From contig JAXLNO010000050.1 in assembly GCA_038087875.1 (NCBI GenBank), positions 124,001 to 188,000 of the forward strand: DNA of 64,000 nt, in the 5' to 3' direction. This document shows, piece by piece, positions 49,146-62,790 of this stretch. Numbering within the stretch: the stretch's first letter is position 1; each line of letters opens with the position of its first letter. The notes under the pieces are model-generated. The model had not been told where the DNA came from. It saw nothing but the letters and a program-made list of their open reading frames with translations, and did no database searches. A program made the position numbers and the translations under genes. The DNA comes from Malacoraja senta. Lineage: Eukaryota.

Positions 49146-49570
49146 CATTCGGCTCATCAAGTTTACTCCGATCATGGCTGATCCATCTCTCCCTCCTAAC
49201 CCCATTCTCCTGCCTTCTCCCCAGAACCCCTAACACCTGTACTAATCAAGAATCTATCTATCACCTTAAAAATATCTGTATACAGCCTCCACAGCCTTCA
49301 GTGGCAATGAATTCTACAGATTCACCATCCTCTGACTAAATTAATTCCTCCTCATCTCCTTCCTAAAGGAACGTCCTTTAATTCTGAGGCTATGACCTCT
49401 GGACTTATACTCTCCCACCAGTGAAAACATCCTCTCCACATCCACTCAATTCAGGCATTTCACTATTTGATAAGTTTCAATGAGGTTCCCCCCTTAATCC
49501 TTCTAAACTCCAGCGAGTAGAGGCCCAGTGCCATTAAACGCTCATCATATGCTAACCCACTCATTCCTGT
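49146..49570 (-). mobile_element. CR1 3' fragment
   Basis: Reverse complement of a CR1 ORF2 end and 3' UTR. Confidence 0.8.
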
Positions 49571-50322
49571 CACCCTATTTCACAGGAGCAGTGTTGCGGG
49601 ACTTTCCTCTATTTTATTAAATCATGTGGGGAATGTGGCACATGCCATGCATTTTGTTCACATTAAATTGCCTTGATCTGATAGACAGCTGCTGTTAAAT
49701 GTCCTGTGCAACCCGCAGGATAAATTTATCAACAACATTCGCAAAGAATACGAGTGACTCTTAAGAAATGAAGCCAACTCATACTGCCTTTGAACTGTTC
49801 ACATTACAGAAGGTATATCCTCTCAACTATGGAACAGTCAATCGGCTGCTAAACGCGGTAAACCTAAAAGCAAAAAAAAGTTCCCATCAAAGTTTGAAGT
49901 GACTCTCAAGCCGACGATGATTCTTCTTTTGGCTACTTGCTAAGCTCGTTTTGGAAGACGTTTTGGTAAAATTATTTTAGTTTCACGTAATTAAAAAGAA
50001 CAAACTAAAGGCTCCTGATACTCCGTGGATGTATAATGATGTAATGTTGTCGGCGTGGGCAAGTTGGGCCTGTTTCCATGCTGTATGTCTATAAAGGGAT
50101 GATTGAGGGCAGAAAAAGCATGCAAAAGAAGAAAGTGTTATTATGTTTTTATTACCATTGTGTTATCATTTAACAATGGTCACTAAATAAAAATCTTTAC
50201 AGTTTAAATAATAAAAGCAGCAGATTGTAGTCCCCCAGCATATCTCCATCTCGGTTATGTAGTTGGAGGCTTTATTTGGTTTCCAGGCCTGGAGGATGGG
50301 AAGACAAAAGATCTTATTAATT

Positions 50323-50362
<40 letters not shown>

Positions 50363-50749
50363 ATTTATTAGAAGTACATTACATTACAACCACATACATT
50401 AATACTCGTCATTTATATCTTCTTACAATTAATGTACTCCCTTTATTTATTTTTTTACACTAGAAAAAGAAAAGATTGAAAGAGAGAAGAAAGTGAAGGA
50501 AAAAGTGCAAGTGTAGAAAAGTGTAGAAAATGTAACAACAAAAAAGGACGAAGACCCTATAAGAGCGAAATTAAAAACAAAAAGAAAAAGAGTTAAGAAA
50601 TAGGCCCTAAGAAAAGAAAAGAGAAAGAGAAAAAAAGAAAAACAAATGTTTTTTTTTGAGCATCACGTAAATAGGACATACCAACTCTTCAACTATCATC
50701 CCCCCTTACCCGACCTCAATTTTTTATTTTTTTAAAGTACTTTTGCACC

Positions 50750-53700
50750 CTATGTTTGTAATAATTCTATAAATGCAGACCACGTCAGGTGGAAGTGATC
50801 TGGTTTACCTGCTAGGAGGAGTCTTATCTCTTCAAGGTGTAATGTTTCAAACATATTTGAAATCCACATATTTATAGTTGGTATTGGAGCCTTCTTCCAA
50901 AATTTTAGAATTAGCTTTTTTCCAGTTATTAACCCATAATCCATTAATTTCTTTTGAAACACATTTAGTTCTGGATCATCTTCCGTTATTCCGAAGATAA
51001 TCCATTCTGCTTTGGGTATCAGTCTTGTTTTAAATAACTTTGTAAAGATTTCAAAAATTTCATTCCAAAATTTTTGAATTTTTGTACAGAAGACAAATGA
51101 GTGCGCTATAGTTGCTTCTTGGGATTGACATTTATCACAAATAGATGATACGTTTGGGAAAATTTTATGAATTTTAGTTTTCGAATAATATAATCTATGT
51201 AAAATTTTAAATTGTATTAAAGTGTGTCTTACATTAATCGAGCATTTATGCACTTTTAATAAGTATTCATTCCAACTTTCCTTTGAAATTTTAATAGCTA
51301 ACTCTTGTTCCCAGTCTCTTCTGATACCCTCCGTAGATGGTATTTGTGCATTTAAGATAATATTGTACAAATATGATATTAAGTTTGCTGATTCCGCTTT
51401 TATCTGCATTGCCTCGTCCAGTACATCTGCTGGGTTATTATGATGATCTTTTATATATTTTTTCAAATAGTCGCATATTTGAAAGTATTTAAAATATTGA
51501 TTATTTCCGAGTTTATATTTTATTTGTAATTGTTGAAATGAAAGTAATTTTCCAGTTTCATACAAGTCACCAAGCGTTTTAATTCCTAGTCTATCCCATT
51601 GTGTATAAGCTTTATCTATAATAGAAGGACTAAACGAAGGGTTATTGACTATAGGTAATAAAAGTGATAAGTTTCTTAATTTTAAATTTTGTTTTATTTG
51701 TTTCCAAATACGGATTGTACTATGAATAATTGGGTTCTTATTATAGTTTATGTTATTCAATTTCATTGGAGAGAGGAGGATCGCTCCAATGTTTCTAGAG
51801 GAGCAATCCTCTTTCTCCATTACAATCCAGTCTACTTGCTGGGCGGAGTTATCCATCAGTTGAATCATGTTTTTAATATTTACTGACCAATAATAATACA
51901 TAAAATTAGGTAGTGCTAGACCCCCCAATACTTTAGATTTATTCAGATGGGTTTTTTGTATTCTATGTGATTTATAGTCCCATATAAAATTAGTGATATC
52001 TGAGTCGAGTTTTTTAAAAAACTTCTTAGGTAAGTATATAGGAATTGATTGAAATAGGTATAAAATTTGTGGTAAAAAGATCATTTTTATTGCGTTTATT
52101 CGGCCTATTAAAGACATCGGAAGCGTTTTCCAGAATTTAATTAATGTATTCAGTTTATTAAGTAGGGGGTCAAAATTTGCCCTGAGCATACCTTGATATG
52201 CTCTGGTAATTTCGATTCCCAAATATTTAAATTTTTCTGTAGCTATTTTAAAAGGGAATTTTCGGTTTTATTGACATAATTTCACTTTTATTCCAATTTA
52301 TTCTATATCCAGAAAAAGATCCGAAGTCTTCAATTAAATTTAATATATTTGGTATAGTGATTTGAGGTTTTGTAATATACAATAATATATCATCCGCGTA
52401 TAAAGATATTTTATTATATGAGTCTTTAGTATTATATCCATGAATATCAGGGTGTATTCTAATTTTTTCTGCTAGCGGTTCAATAATGAGAGCAAACAGC
52501 TGTGGTGATAATGAGCATCCTTGTCTATTTCCCCTTGATAATTGAAATTTCGAGGATAATATGTTATTAGTAAGTATTCTAGCTGTAGGTTTGTTATATA
52601 GTAACTTAATCCATAAAATAAAATTCTCTCCCAGTTGAAATTTTTGTAATACTTTATCCATATAATTCCATTCTACTTGATCAAATGCTTTTTCAGCATC
52701 CAGCGAAATAATTGATAATTCTTGATCTTCAGATTTGTGTGAGTGCATTATGTTGAGTAGACGTCTCATATTATTAGAAGAGTATCTCTTAGGGATAAAC
52801 CCTGTCTGATCTGGGTTTATTAATTTACTAATGTATTTACTTAATCTTCTGGCTAATGTTTTCGCTAATATTTTTTGATCTGTGTTTAACAATGCTATAG
52901 CTCTATATGAGCCAGGTTCTTCTAAATCCTTATTTTTCTTAGGTATTAATGTAATCGTTGATTCCGCTAATGTATCAGGTAGTATTCGTTTTTTAAAAGC
53001 GTATTGGTACATTTTTTGTAATCTTGGTATTATTTTATCATAAAAGCTTTTATAAAATTCATTAGTAAATCCATCAGGGCCTGGTGTTTTTCCATTTTTT
53101 AGTGAGTTTATTGTATCTTCTAATTCCTTAATTGAGATTTGTGCACCCAGTTCCTCTTGTTCCTTCAGCTCTAACTTTGGAAGATTACAGGTATCCAAGA
53201 ACTTTGTGATATTATTGGAATCAATTATCGTTTTAGATGTATACAAATTCTCGTAAAATTGCGCAAATCTTTTATTAATATCCTTCGGTGTTGTTAATAA
53301 TTCCCCTTTATCTGATTTGATCTTTGGTATAGTATGTTCCTTTTCTCGTTTTTTTAGCTGGCGAGCCAAAAGTTTATGCGGTTTATCCCCAAATTCAAAG
53401 TGCTCTTGTTTTGTAATTTGAAAAAGTCTTATAAGTTTGGCAGATAATAATTTATTTAATTTAAATTTTAAAATTATTATTTTATTATGTTTATCTATTG
53501 ATGGATCTTTAGCATTATCTATATCCATTTGTCTAATAAGTTCTTCTAACTGTCTTTGTTCATTCTTATTCTTTTTATTTTGAAAAGCTTGATATGAAAT
53601 TATAATACCCCTAATGTATGCTTTAAAAGATTCCCAAAGTAAAGTAGGCGATATATCTGAAGTATCATTTGTTTGAAAAAAGACCTCCATTTGTTCTTTT

Positions 53701-54521
53701 AAATATATACTCGCTTGTGGATCTTTTAAAATTTGAGAGTTAAATCTCCAGAATGAATTATTCTTAGACAATCCTTCCAGTTTTAAAAAGAAAGTTAGTG
53801 GAGAATGGTCTGAAATTGAATTTGTATGATATATTGCATTAGATGTTTGGGGGATTAATTTTGTATCCAGCAGAAAGTAGTCTATACGTGAGTATGTCTT
53901 ATGTACCATTGAGTAAAACGAATATTCCCTGCCAGTTGGATTCACAATTCTCCAAACATCTGCTATATTAGTGTTATTTATGTAGGTATTGAGGAGTTCC
54001 CCAGTTTTCGATTTCATATTCCCTCTCTGTTTTTGACTTGATTTATCTAAGTACGGATCTAAAACACAGTTAAAGTCTCCACCTATTATAACATTTTGAT
54101 AGTTTGACTCTGCAATTATATTGAAGATTTTATTGAAAAAGTGGGGGTTATCAAAGTTAGGGGCATATATATTTACCAAAGTAAGTGGAGTGTCATGGAT
54201 TTCTCCATTAACTATTAGGTATCTCCCTTCTATATCTGTTATAATATTCTTTGCTTTAAATGGTATACCTTTTCTTATGATAATTGACGTGCCTCTAGAT
54301 TTTGAAGTGAATGAAGAGTGGTATGTTTGACCTATCCATTTCGCCCTCAGCCTAACTTGGTCCTGAGGTTTTAGGTGTGTTTCTTGTAGGAAGTTAATGT
54401 CAGAATTATACATTTTTAGCTGAGCTAATATCTTACCCCTTTTGATAGGTTCATTAATACCTCTTATATTCCAACTACAAAATGAGATTCCTCCTAGGTT
54501 CTTTTGTGTGGTGTCATGCAT
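50750..54521 (-). pseudogene. L1 ORF2p (APE-RT-CCHC) with a single frameshift at ~52255-52265
   Basis: WNIRG, LQETH, GGDFN, SDH, GNRQGC, YADD and CDKC..H..C. The frames meet at SEIMSIKP / KFPFKIATEKFKYLGI. Confidence 0.93.
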
Positions 54522-55326
54522 TTTGAATAATTATAGTACCTTTGAATCTTGTGGTGCGTCCATATCCCAGGTCTTTAGGTATTGGGGGAGTTTTTGAATT
54601 ATTAACTTTTGTTGGTATGTCCATATTATTCTTATCACAAAACACAAAACACAGACAAGTGATTTTATGTGATAAAAAAAAAACTAAGAAAGTGAGGCTA
54701 CAGTGTCTATAGTCGGCACTGTAGCGAGTGACCCACCTGTAGGTGGGAAAAAACCTTATTTTGACTTCCATTGCGTTGTTGCTCAACTCGCTCCGCTCTC
54801 TTAGTTAATCATAACATATTAAAATATTAAAACGAGGCCTCACATTCATATATATAATACAATTTTACCCTGATATTTCCTTATAACATATATATATATC
54901 AGAGTTTAATTATTAAACCAATATTTTTGATTTCAATAAGAATCAGCTGTTGGTTGAAGGGGTTAACGAGACGTGCTCCTGGACATAAGCCAGGAGCTCG
55001 TTTCTCATCCCCTCCTCCCGCTTATAGACAAGGTTACAATTTATTAAAAATTCATATTAGTATGTTAGTTCATTATTTTTTTGTTTTTTTTGTTAGTATT
55101 CTAATCTAACCTGCATAACTTTTAAAGTTGTTAATAGGATAAGTTCTTACAATTGGTTATAACATTTTAATCAATAAGCAATTATTTTCTAATTCATATC
55201 CCGCTATAAAGTTGTTTACACGTTTTGAACAGAAAATGTCCTTGCTTCAACATTCCAGAGATAACAATGTAACTATCCCCAGACAAAACATAGCTGAGAA
55301 TTATTCGGATCTGCCAAAGCTCCCTT

Positions 55327-56397
55327 TTATTTCTGTCTTTCAACAATCGTTTGGGCATATTTGAAAGCGTCTTCAGGCTTAACAAATGACTTTTCAAGAC
55401 CATTAAAAGAAATACGCATTTTAGCGGGATAAAAAACCCCAAATCTGACCCCTTCTCTCCCTCTTAAAAGATCTTTAACCTTATCAAATTTGTTTCTTTT
55501 TTGCACAATTTCATGTGGGTAGTCCCTGAATATCTTAATAGTGTCTTTGTCCAGCCGTAATTGTACACCATATTTGATTTTAGTCATAACGTATTCCAGT
55601 TCTGCAGTATCTCGAAATTTCACTATAATATGTCGTGGATAAGCTTTTCCCGCATCAAATCTTTTTCCAAATCTTGGGACACGATGAGCCACTTCGATTT
55701 TCGGTTCCTTGGGAAGATTCAACAGTTGTTTCAACAAGCCCATGGCAAATTCACGTACCTGTTCCCCTTCTGCCCCCTCTGAAACACCAAGAATTCTCAA
55801 ATTCTTGCGTCTAGAACGAGCTTCCAGGTCCAGGCATTTGAATGAGACTTTCTCTAATTGAGTCCCCATTTGTAGTGATGCTTGTTCGTTTTCTCGCCTC
55901 ATTTGCTCATGTTCTTGCCTCAATTTCGCCATGTCTTCAACCAGTCGAGCCGTATTTTTCTCCAATTCCGTAATTGTCTGCATACTTGCAGCTACTGTTT
56001 CAAGTACAGCCGTGAACTTATCCGTAGTAATTACATCCATCTTATCCATTTTCTCTGATAGTCCATCTTTCACCTCATCAATTCGTTTATTCATAATGTC
56101 CAGTAAATCCGTCATATTCTTCTGGTTACCAGCATTTAAATCCTTCATCATCTTCTGCATTCCTTCCATCATTTTTGCCGAATTTTCCTTCATTTCCTTC
56201 TTATCTTCCACCCTATTATCCGAGATCTCATCTTTCAAATTTTTCATTGATTTCTTCAAGTCATCAAAGTCTTTCTTAGATCTTGTATCCATTTCTGCAG
56301 CCACTTCAGAGACTTCAGAGGTAACTTCTGTTTCGAACTTTTTCGACAGCTTATTCACAGCTCTCTGAGGGCTCACAGCTGGAGTCAATTTACTCAT
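55327..56397 (-). CDS. L1 ORF1p (coiled coil, RRM, CTD), intact, 356 aa
   Basis: LEARSRRKNLRILGVSEG, IEVAHRV, PRHIIVKF, IFRDYP and YPAKM. Confidence 0.93.
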   Translation of the reverse strand: MSKLTPAVSPQRAVNKLSKKFETEVTSEVSEVAAEMDTRSKKDFDDLKKSMKNLKDEISDNRVEDKKEMKENSAKMMEGMQKMMKDLNAGNQKNMTDLLDIMNKRIDEVKDGLSEKMDKMDVITTDKFTAVLETVAASMQTITELEKNTARLVEDMAKLRQEHEQMRRENEQASLQMGTQLEKVSFKCLDLEARSRRKNLRILGVSEGAEGEQVREFAMGLLKQLLNLPKEPKIEVAHRVPRFGKRFDAGKAYPRHIIVKFRDTAELEYVMTKIKYGVQLRLDKDTIKIFRDYPHEIVQKRNKFDKVKDLLRGREGVRFGVFYPAKMRISFNGLEKSFVKPEDAFKYAQTIVERQK

Positions 56398-58291
56398 TTA
56401 AAGGGCTTCAAACCACCGTTTAAAACATCGCGTTTAACGATGACGTCATCAGCGCGGTAACCAGAAGCTCCGGTAAGGTTTTTAAAAACAATCCCGATTT
56501 TCGGACCCGTTTTACACGATAAATCGTGAAGTTTTTCGGGAGAGGAGCTGGGTGCACGTCTGTTAGTCTAACATGACGCCACCGTATTTATGGAGGTGTG
56601 CTTGTTTTAATGCGTTTTGGTTAGTTAGTTTTGGTTAACAAGGTTTTTTTCCAATTATTTACATAAACTTTTAAAATAATTAACATCGATAATTACAACC
56701 AAAACATGCTCTGATGATGGCTATTTAACCCAATCCATGGCTTTTAAAGATAGAAAGACTCAGTTTCATAGCCGAATCACATCCCATTCAAGGTATTTTT
56801 AGGGTGGAGAAGTGACAGATACTTGATGGGTAGGGCTATCAAGAGTTATGGGGAGAAAGCAGGAGAATGGTGTTGAGGGAAGGAAAGGTCAGCCATGATT
56901 GAATGGCGCAGTTGACTCGATGGGCTGAATGGTCTAATCCTGCTCCTTGAACCTATGAATAATGTCTCTGAACATCAGAGGCTCCTGAGGAAAAAGACAG
57001 TGCTGGAGTAACTCAGTGGGCGGGGTGGCATCCCTGGAGAGCATGGAGAGGTGGCGTTTCGGGTCTGGACTCTTTTTCAGACTGATTGCAGGTGTGCGAG
57101 GAAGGAAGCCAGAAGAGTGGAGGGGCAGGACAAAGCATGGTAGGTCATAGGTGAACACCGGCGAGGTAGGTTAGTGATGGGCGGATGGTTGGACAAAGGC
57201 CAGAGCTGAACACGTACATGGAGTGAAATAAAAGGATCAGTGAGTTGTGAATTGTGAAGCGAGAGGATTGACGAGGTTCAGGTTGTGTAGGAATGAAGGG
57301 GGAGGGGAGAGATGGGTGCAAGATGGGCTCAGTGGAGGGGGCGTTTATAGGGGAGGGGATGCATGGGACGGGGTTAATGGGCATGGGGTCCAGCAGAAAT
57401 ACTATCTGAATATTGCTATAGTCAGGGCGTGGTGAATCTGTGCAATTCATTGCCACAGGAGGCTGTGAGGTCCAAGTCAATGGATATTTTGAAGGCAGGT
57501 GCAGATCGATTCTTGTTTTGACAGGTGACAGAGGTTATGGAGGTGAGGTTAGGAGGGAGTTAGATCAGCCGTGATTGAACGGTGGAGTACACATGATGGG
57601 CAGAATGACCTAATTCTGCTCCTATCCCTTATGAACACATACCTTGTAGCCTGATTCATGGAGCACAGAAGATTAATAGGAATGGGGCACCACAGGTCAG
57701 TATATGTGCGCAGTGACCCAGATCCAGCAACATTCAGCCAAACATTGCTCTGGTCCATCTACAATGGAGATAATGTTAGAATTGCTTATAAATAGCAACT
57801 TTGGAATAACATTGTACTTGATCGTTTTTTGTCAAGTTAATGCCAGGATCAGATCCCATTTCTTTTCAGTTGATAATGCGTGTGTAAACATATTTAATTT
57901 AGAAATCCGATAGTTTTCATGAAGCTTTTTGCTCAAGTGCTTGCATCTTCCTCCAGCATCGTTTCCAAGCACAGAACCCTTTTTCTGGGGTACAGAACTT
58001 TGTGATGAAGGATCCCCAAGAGGAGGATGGTGTGAAGTTTTACACTCACACCATGGTGCTTCCCACAAGAGGGCAATTAGAAGGCCGGATGTTCGTAACA
58101 GCATTTGAATGTGGGTTGGATAATGTTTCTGAAGATGCGGCGGCGGTGGCAGTGGTATAGGCATTGGAGGTACTGCATTAATGTTCAGTTTTATTTCATT
58201 AGAAACATATTTCGGTTCTTGTTCACTTAACCCGAGTTGCATCCTGCTATACTGCAGCATCATCTGTCTCCCATGTACTAGCAGTAAAGTT

Positions 58292-58598
58292 GGGCAGCAC
58301 AGTGGCACAGCAGTAGAGCTGCTGCCTTACAGCGCCAGAGACCCAGGTTTGATCCTGCCACAGGTGCTGTCCGTACAGTTTGTACCTTCTCCCCGTGACC
58401 ATGTGGGTTTTCTCCGGCTGCCCCACTTTCCTCCCACACTCCAAAGACATACATGTTTGTAGGTTACCTTGGCTGCAGTAAATTGTCTCTAGTGTGTCGG
58501 ATAGTGTTCATGTATGGGGTGATTGCTGGTCAACACGGACAAAATTGTGGGCAAAATGGCCTGTTTATGTGTTGTATCTCTAAACTAAACTAAATAAA
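58292..58598 (+). mobile_element. tRNA-derived V-SINE (HE1-like)
   Basis: A-box TGGCACAGCAG, B-box GGTTTGATCC, V-domain TTCTCCCCGTGACC...TTTCCTCCCACACTCCAAAGAC and a (TAAAC)n tail. Confidence 0.85.
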
Positions 58599-60208
58599 TC
58601 TACGTTTTCTTCACCTGGGTGCTGGGAAGACCAAAATTATGACTTTAGTTCGCTGCCGCAGTTTCTTTTAAATTGCCACCAATTCCGTCCTTCACTCTGG
58701 TAACCATTTGACAGTTAACCTGACTGTTGGGGATGTTGTTACCCTGGTTAAACTGAATTTGTAGGCACGAACTGAAGGTGCAGGTTAAACTGAACTTGGG
58801 CTTTGAACTGTATATCCCTGTCATCATTGCCAACATTTTTCTCTCCATCACTTGCCTCACTCCATCTCAACTCATCTCATCTGCTATCTCTTTGTAACAC
58901 TTAGACCTGATATTCCAAACCGTTTCTGGATAAATGGAAACACAAGGAACTGTAGCTGCTGGTTTACAAAATTAGACACAAGGTGTTGGAATAAATCAGC
59001 GGGTCAGGCAACTTCTCCGGAGAACAGGGGGAAGTGACGTTTCGGGTCTGAAGAAAAGTCTCGACCAGAAATGTCACCTATTCATTTTCTCCAGAGATGC
59101 TGCCTGTCCCACTGAGTTACTCCAGCAATGCTTTGGAATAAACTCTGTCTTCTACCCTCTAAGTTAATCTATTATCATCATCCTAACTTATACATGATCC
59201 TGATAAAACATCAGCTCACTGTTAACCAATTTGATTTGAGTTTAGAAGAACGAGGGGCGATCCCATTTAAACATGCAGAATAGTGAAAGGCTTGGATCGA
59301 GTGGATGTGGAGAGGATATTTCCATGAATGGGAGAGTCTAGGACAAGAGGTCATAGCCTCAGAATTAAAGGATGTTCTTTTGGTGTGGAAATGAGGGGAA
59401 ATTTTTTAGTCAGAGGGTGGTGAATCTGTGGAATTCTTTGCCACGGAAGGCCGTGGACGCTAAATCAGTGGATATTTTTAACGCAGAGATAGATAGATTC
59501 TTGATTAGTATGGGTGTCAGAGGTTATGGGGAGACGGCAGGAGAATGGGGTTTGGAGGGTAAGATAGATCAGCCATGATGAGCCTCAAACCCTGGTTGAT
59601 CGAGATGACCTGGTGACGATGCCTAATCCAGAGCGAGACAATCAACCTATGAGCCGACAACCGGTCCCCAGGGAGCATCAAACCCTGACAACAAGATCTG
59701 GTAGATGCGTTCGAAAACCACGCTATCTGCAGGATTATGTGCCCAAATAAGGATACGGTCTGTACTTGTAGTTGATTTTAGATTTAAAAGGCTATTAGGT
59801 TATGTTTAAATAGTTAATGTTATTGTGTTCTTTTATAGTTTGATATGCATAGTTTTATTTAGTAGTGGTAATGGCCATTTTAAAACTAAACAAATTAATA
59901 AATTAAAAAGGCGAAAGGAACAAATAAATAAATGAATAGATAAATGAATAAATAAATAAAAAGGGGAAAGGAAATGAGAAACCAGACATGTGTTATTCAA
60001 AGTTTAGATAATTCTGAGCACTGAACTGTCGCAGATCCAAGGAATGAGAATTTGAAAGCTACCACGGAAATGGACTGTCAAATGCATGTTGGGATATGGA
60101 CTGTCGGACACATGTTGGACTCAGTGAAATACGATGTGATGGAAGAATGTAATTTCTTGCTACACATGTAAAGTGCCTGTACATATGTGTTTTGTAAATA
60201 AAGGGGGA

Positions 60209-60387
60209 TGTTATGCGAATAACACCATCGGTGGTACAGTACCCATGATGCAATATCCAAGAGGCTGCAGCCAAGATGGATCCTGAATAAAAATGGCTGA
60301 AGCCAAGGCTCGAGTGTAAAGCCTCTGTTAATTAGTTGTGAAGCTGTAATGGAGCAGTTTACAGTAAGGAAACACAGTAAGAAAACA
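60209..60387 (+). repeat. Gypsy 3' LTR (apparently complete in this copy)
   Basis: PPT AAAGGGGGA, then TGTT...AACA termini with an internal AATAAA. Confidence 0.7.
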
Positions 60388-61649
60388 TACTCCACCATTC
60401 AATCATGGCTGATTTATCTTTCCCTTCTCCTGCCTTCTCCTCATAACCCCAGACACCCGTACTAATCAAGATTCTATCTATCTCTGCCGTTAAAATACCC
60501 AATTGACTTGACCTCTTCAACCTTCTGTGACAATGAATTGTCCCTAATCTGTAGCATAGAACCAGTGTATGGGGATCGCTGGTCGCACAGACTCAGTGGG
60601 TTAAAGGGCCTGTTTCCTCGCTGCATCTCTTAGAAAAAAATGCAACCCACTAATTTGGCTTCATACAGATTTTAAACACTTACCTGATTGCCTGACACTT
60701 TCTGAATCACAGTTCACATCCTCTTCACCTTAGCTGATCCACAGCTTGAGCTTCTAGCTCTTCATCCTCCCCATTTCAAAGGATCAATCACCACTCATGT
60801 TTGGCCTTCTCCTTATTAACTTTAGTACCATGAAGACCTGTTGAAATTAAAGAAAAAACTCTCATTCTTGTCATAAGATTCCCTCTCCAACTGCTGCAGT
60901 TTTAATAACCCTCCATGTCACCTTCCCCATAAAAACATCTGGCATTTTCCGTCCATCCAATAGCTACCCTCACTATCAATAACCTTGGATCAGTTGCTAA
61001 GGCTGAGTTATTACTCTGGTTCTTAATTCCTCTATGCTAGGAAATAAGCACTGTGTATTCACCCTATCCCCCTCATTTTTTATACACCTCTATAAATCAC
61101 CCCTCTGCCTCCTGCGCTCCAAGGAATAAAATCCGAGCTTACCATTTCAACCCACCAAGTCCATGCCGACCAGTACACTGTCACTATCCTCCACACACCA
61201 GGGGAAATTTTTACTGAAACCAATTAACTTACAAATCTGCATGTCTTTGGAGTGTGGAAACTGGAACCCACACAGTCTCATGGGGAAGGTACAAACTCCG
61301 AACAGACAGCATCCGTAGTCAGGATGGAACCCGGGTCTCTGGTGCTGTGAGGCAGCAACTCTACAGTTGCGCCACTGTGCCACCCATGCAATGTGTAAGA
61401 CTGTGCATTGTGACATTCTTGTACCATAAAGCCACTGTATAAAAGTCATTTATTGAAGCTGCCTGGTACACAATTCTCATCTCCAGTTTTTTAAACATTT
61501 TTCAGATACTAGGCAAAACGGGAAACTTTGTTTCAAGCAAAAGACAAGTAAAGAGGAATTTGATTTGGAAGCCAGGAAGCTCCTTACTCATGATAATGGT
61601 AAGGCCTATAATTGTTTACTTCCTTTACCCTTGATATATATCTGTACAC

Positions 61650-62037
61650 TTTTTTTTTTAAATTTTTATTTATTAGAAGTACATTACATTACAACCACAT
61701 ACATTAGTACTCGTCATTTATATCTTCTTACAATTAATGTACTCCATTTATTTTTTACACTAGAAAAGGAAAAGATTGAAAGAAAGAAGAAAGTGAAGGA
61801 AAAAGTGAAAGTGTAGAAAATGTGACAACAAAAAAGGACGAAGACCCTATAAGAGCAAAATTAAAAACAAAAGAAAAAGAGTTAAGGAATAGGCCCTAGA
61901 AAAGAAAGAGAAAGAGAAAGAGGAAAAAGAGAGAAACAAATATTTTTATGAGCATTACGTAAATGGGACATACCAACTCTTCAACTATCATCCCCCCTTA
62001 CCTGACCTCAATTTTTTTTTAAAGTACTTTTGCACCC
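61650..62037 (-). mobile_element. 5'-truncated L1 (3' UTR only) of the same family, with a 16-bp TSD
   Basis: Matches ~50345-50750. TSD TATCTGTACACTTTTT at 61639-61654 and 62038-62053, ending at a TTTT/AA endonuclease site. Confidence 0.92.
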
Positions 62038-62084
62038 TATCTGTACACTTTTTAACGGAAAACAATGAGGTGACTTTGTACTCA

Positions 62085-62790
62085 GCAACTTGTCCTGGAC
62101 CAGCCATGTCAAAGCAATGGCCAAGAAAGCCCCCCACCATCTCTGCTTCCTTAGAAGCCTTAGGAAGTTTGGCATGTCCCCAACAACTCTCACCAACTTC
62201 AACAGATGCACCGCAGAAAGCATTTTATCAATGCTTGTATTCCCTCATGCAACCCTCCTTTTGTATTCATTCAAACTGTATCAAGGGTGCATCACAGCAT
62301 GGTTTGGGAACAGCTCCATCTAAGTGCACAAGAAATTGTAGCGAGCTGTAGACACAGCTCAGAACATCACACAAACCAACCTCCCTTCCACTAACACCAT
62401 GTACACTTCACACTACCTCAGCAAGGACACCAGCATAATCAAGGTCGAGTCTCACCCCGGTCTCTCCTCCAATCTGGCAAGAGGTACAGAAGTGTGAAAC
62501 ACACACCTCCAGATTCAGGGACATTTTCTTCCCAGCTGTTACCAGGCAACTGAACCATCCTACCACCAACTGGAGAGTGGTCCTGAGCTACTATCTATCT
62601 CATTGGAGACCCTCAGACTATCTTTACTTGGACTTTACAGGACATTATCTTGCAGTAAATGTTATTTCCTTTATCATGTATCTACACTGGATGACTGGAT
62701 TGTAATCATATATTGTCTTTCCGCTGACTGGTTAGCACGCAACAAAAGCTCTTCACTGTACCTCGGTACACGTGACAATAAACTAAGCAA
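62085..62790 (+). mobile_element. Rex1/Babar-like LINE 3' fragment
   Basis: FLRSLRKFGMSPTTLTNFNRCTAESILS and CITAWFGN, then a 3' UTR ending TGACAATAAACTAA. Confidence 0.8.

Larger units (their letters stand above)
50326..56583 (-). mobile_element. Apparently full-length L1-clade LINE
   Basis: CpG-rich 5' UTR, ORF1, ~800-bp spacer, ORF2, 3' UTR, AATAAA and poly(A). No TSD was seen. Confidence 0.95.

Noticed and set aside
56711..56777. CTGATGA-T-GGCTAT...ATAGCC-GAAT hammerhead-like motif
   Set aside because: It has GAAT instead of GAAA, and no stem I or III is identifiable.
58292..58370. tRNA gene
   Set aside because: The A/B boxes belong to a SINE head that continues into the V-domain and tail, with no complete cloverleaf.
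57832..58860. Minus-strand ORFs of 158 aa and 71 aa that look vaguely exon-like
   Set aside because: No recognisable domain or consistent splice sites, and the longer ORF starts inside a SINE.
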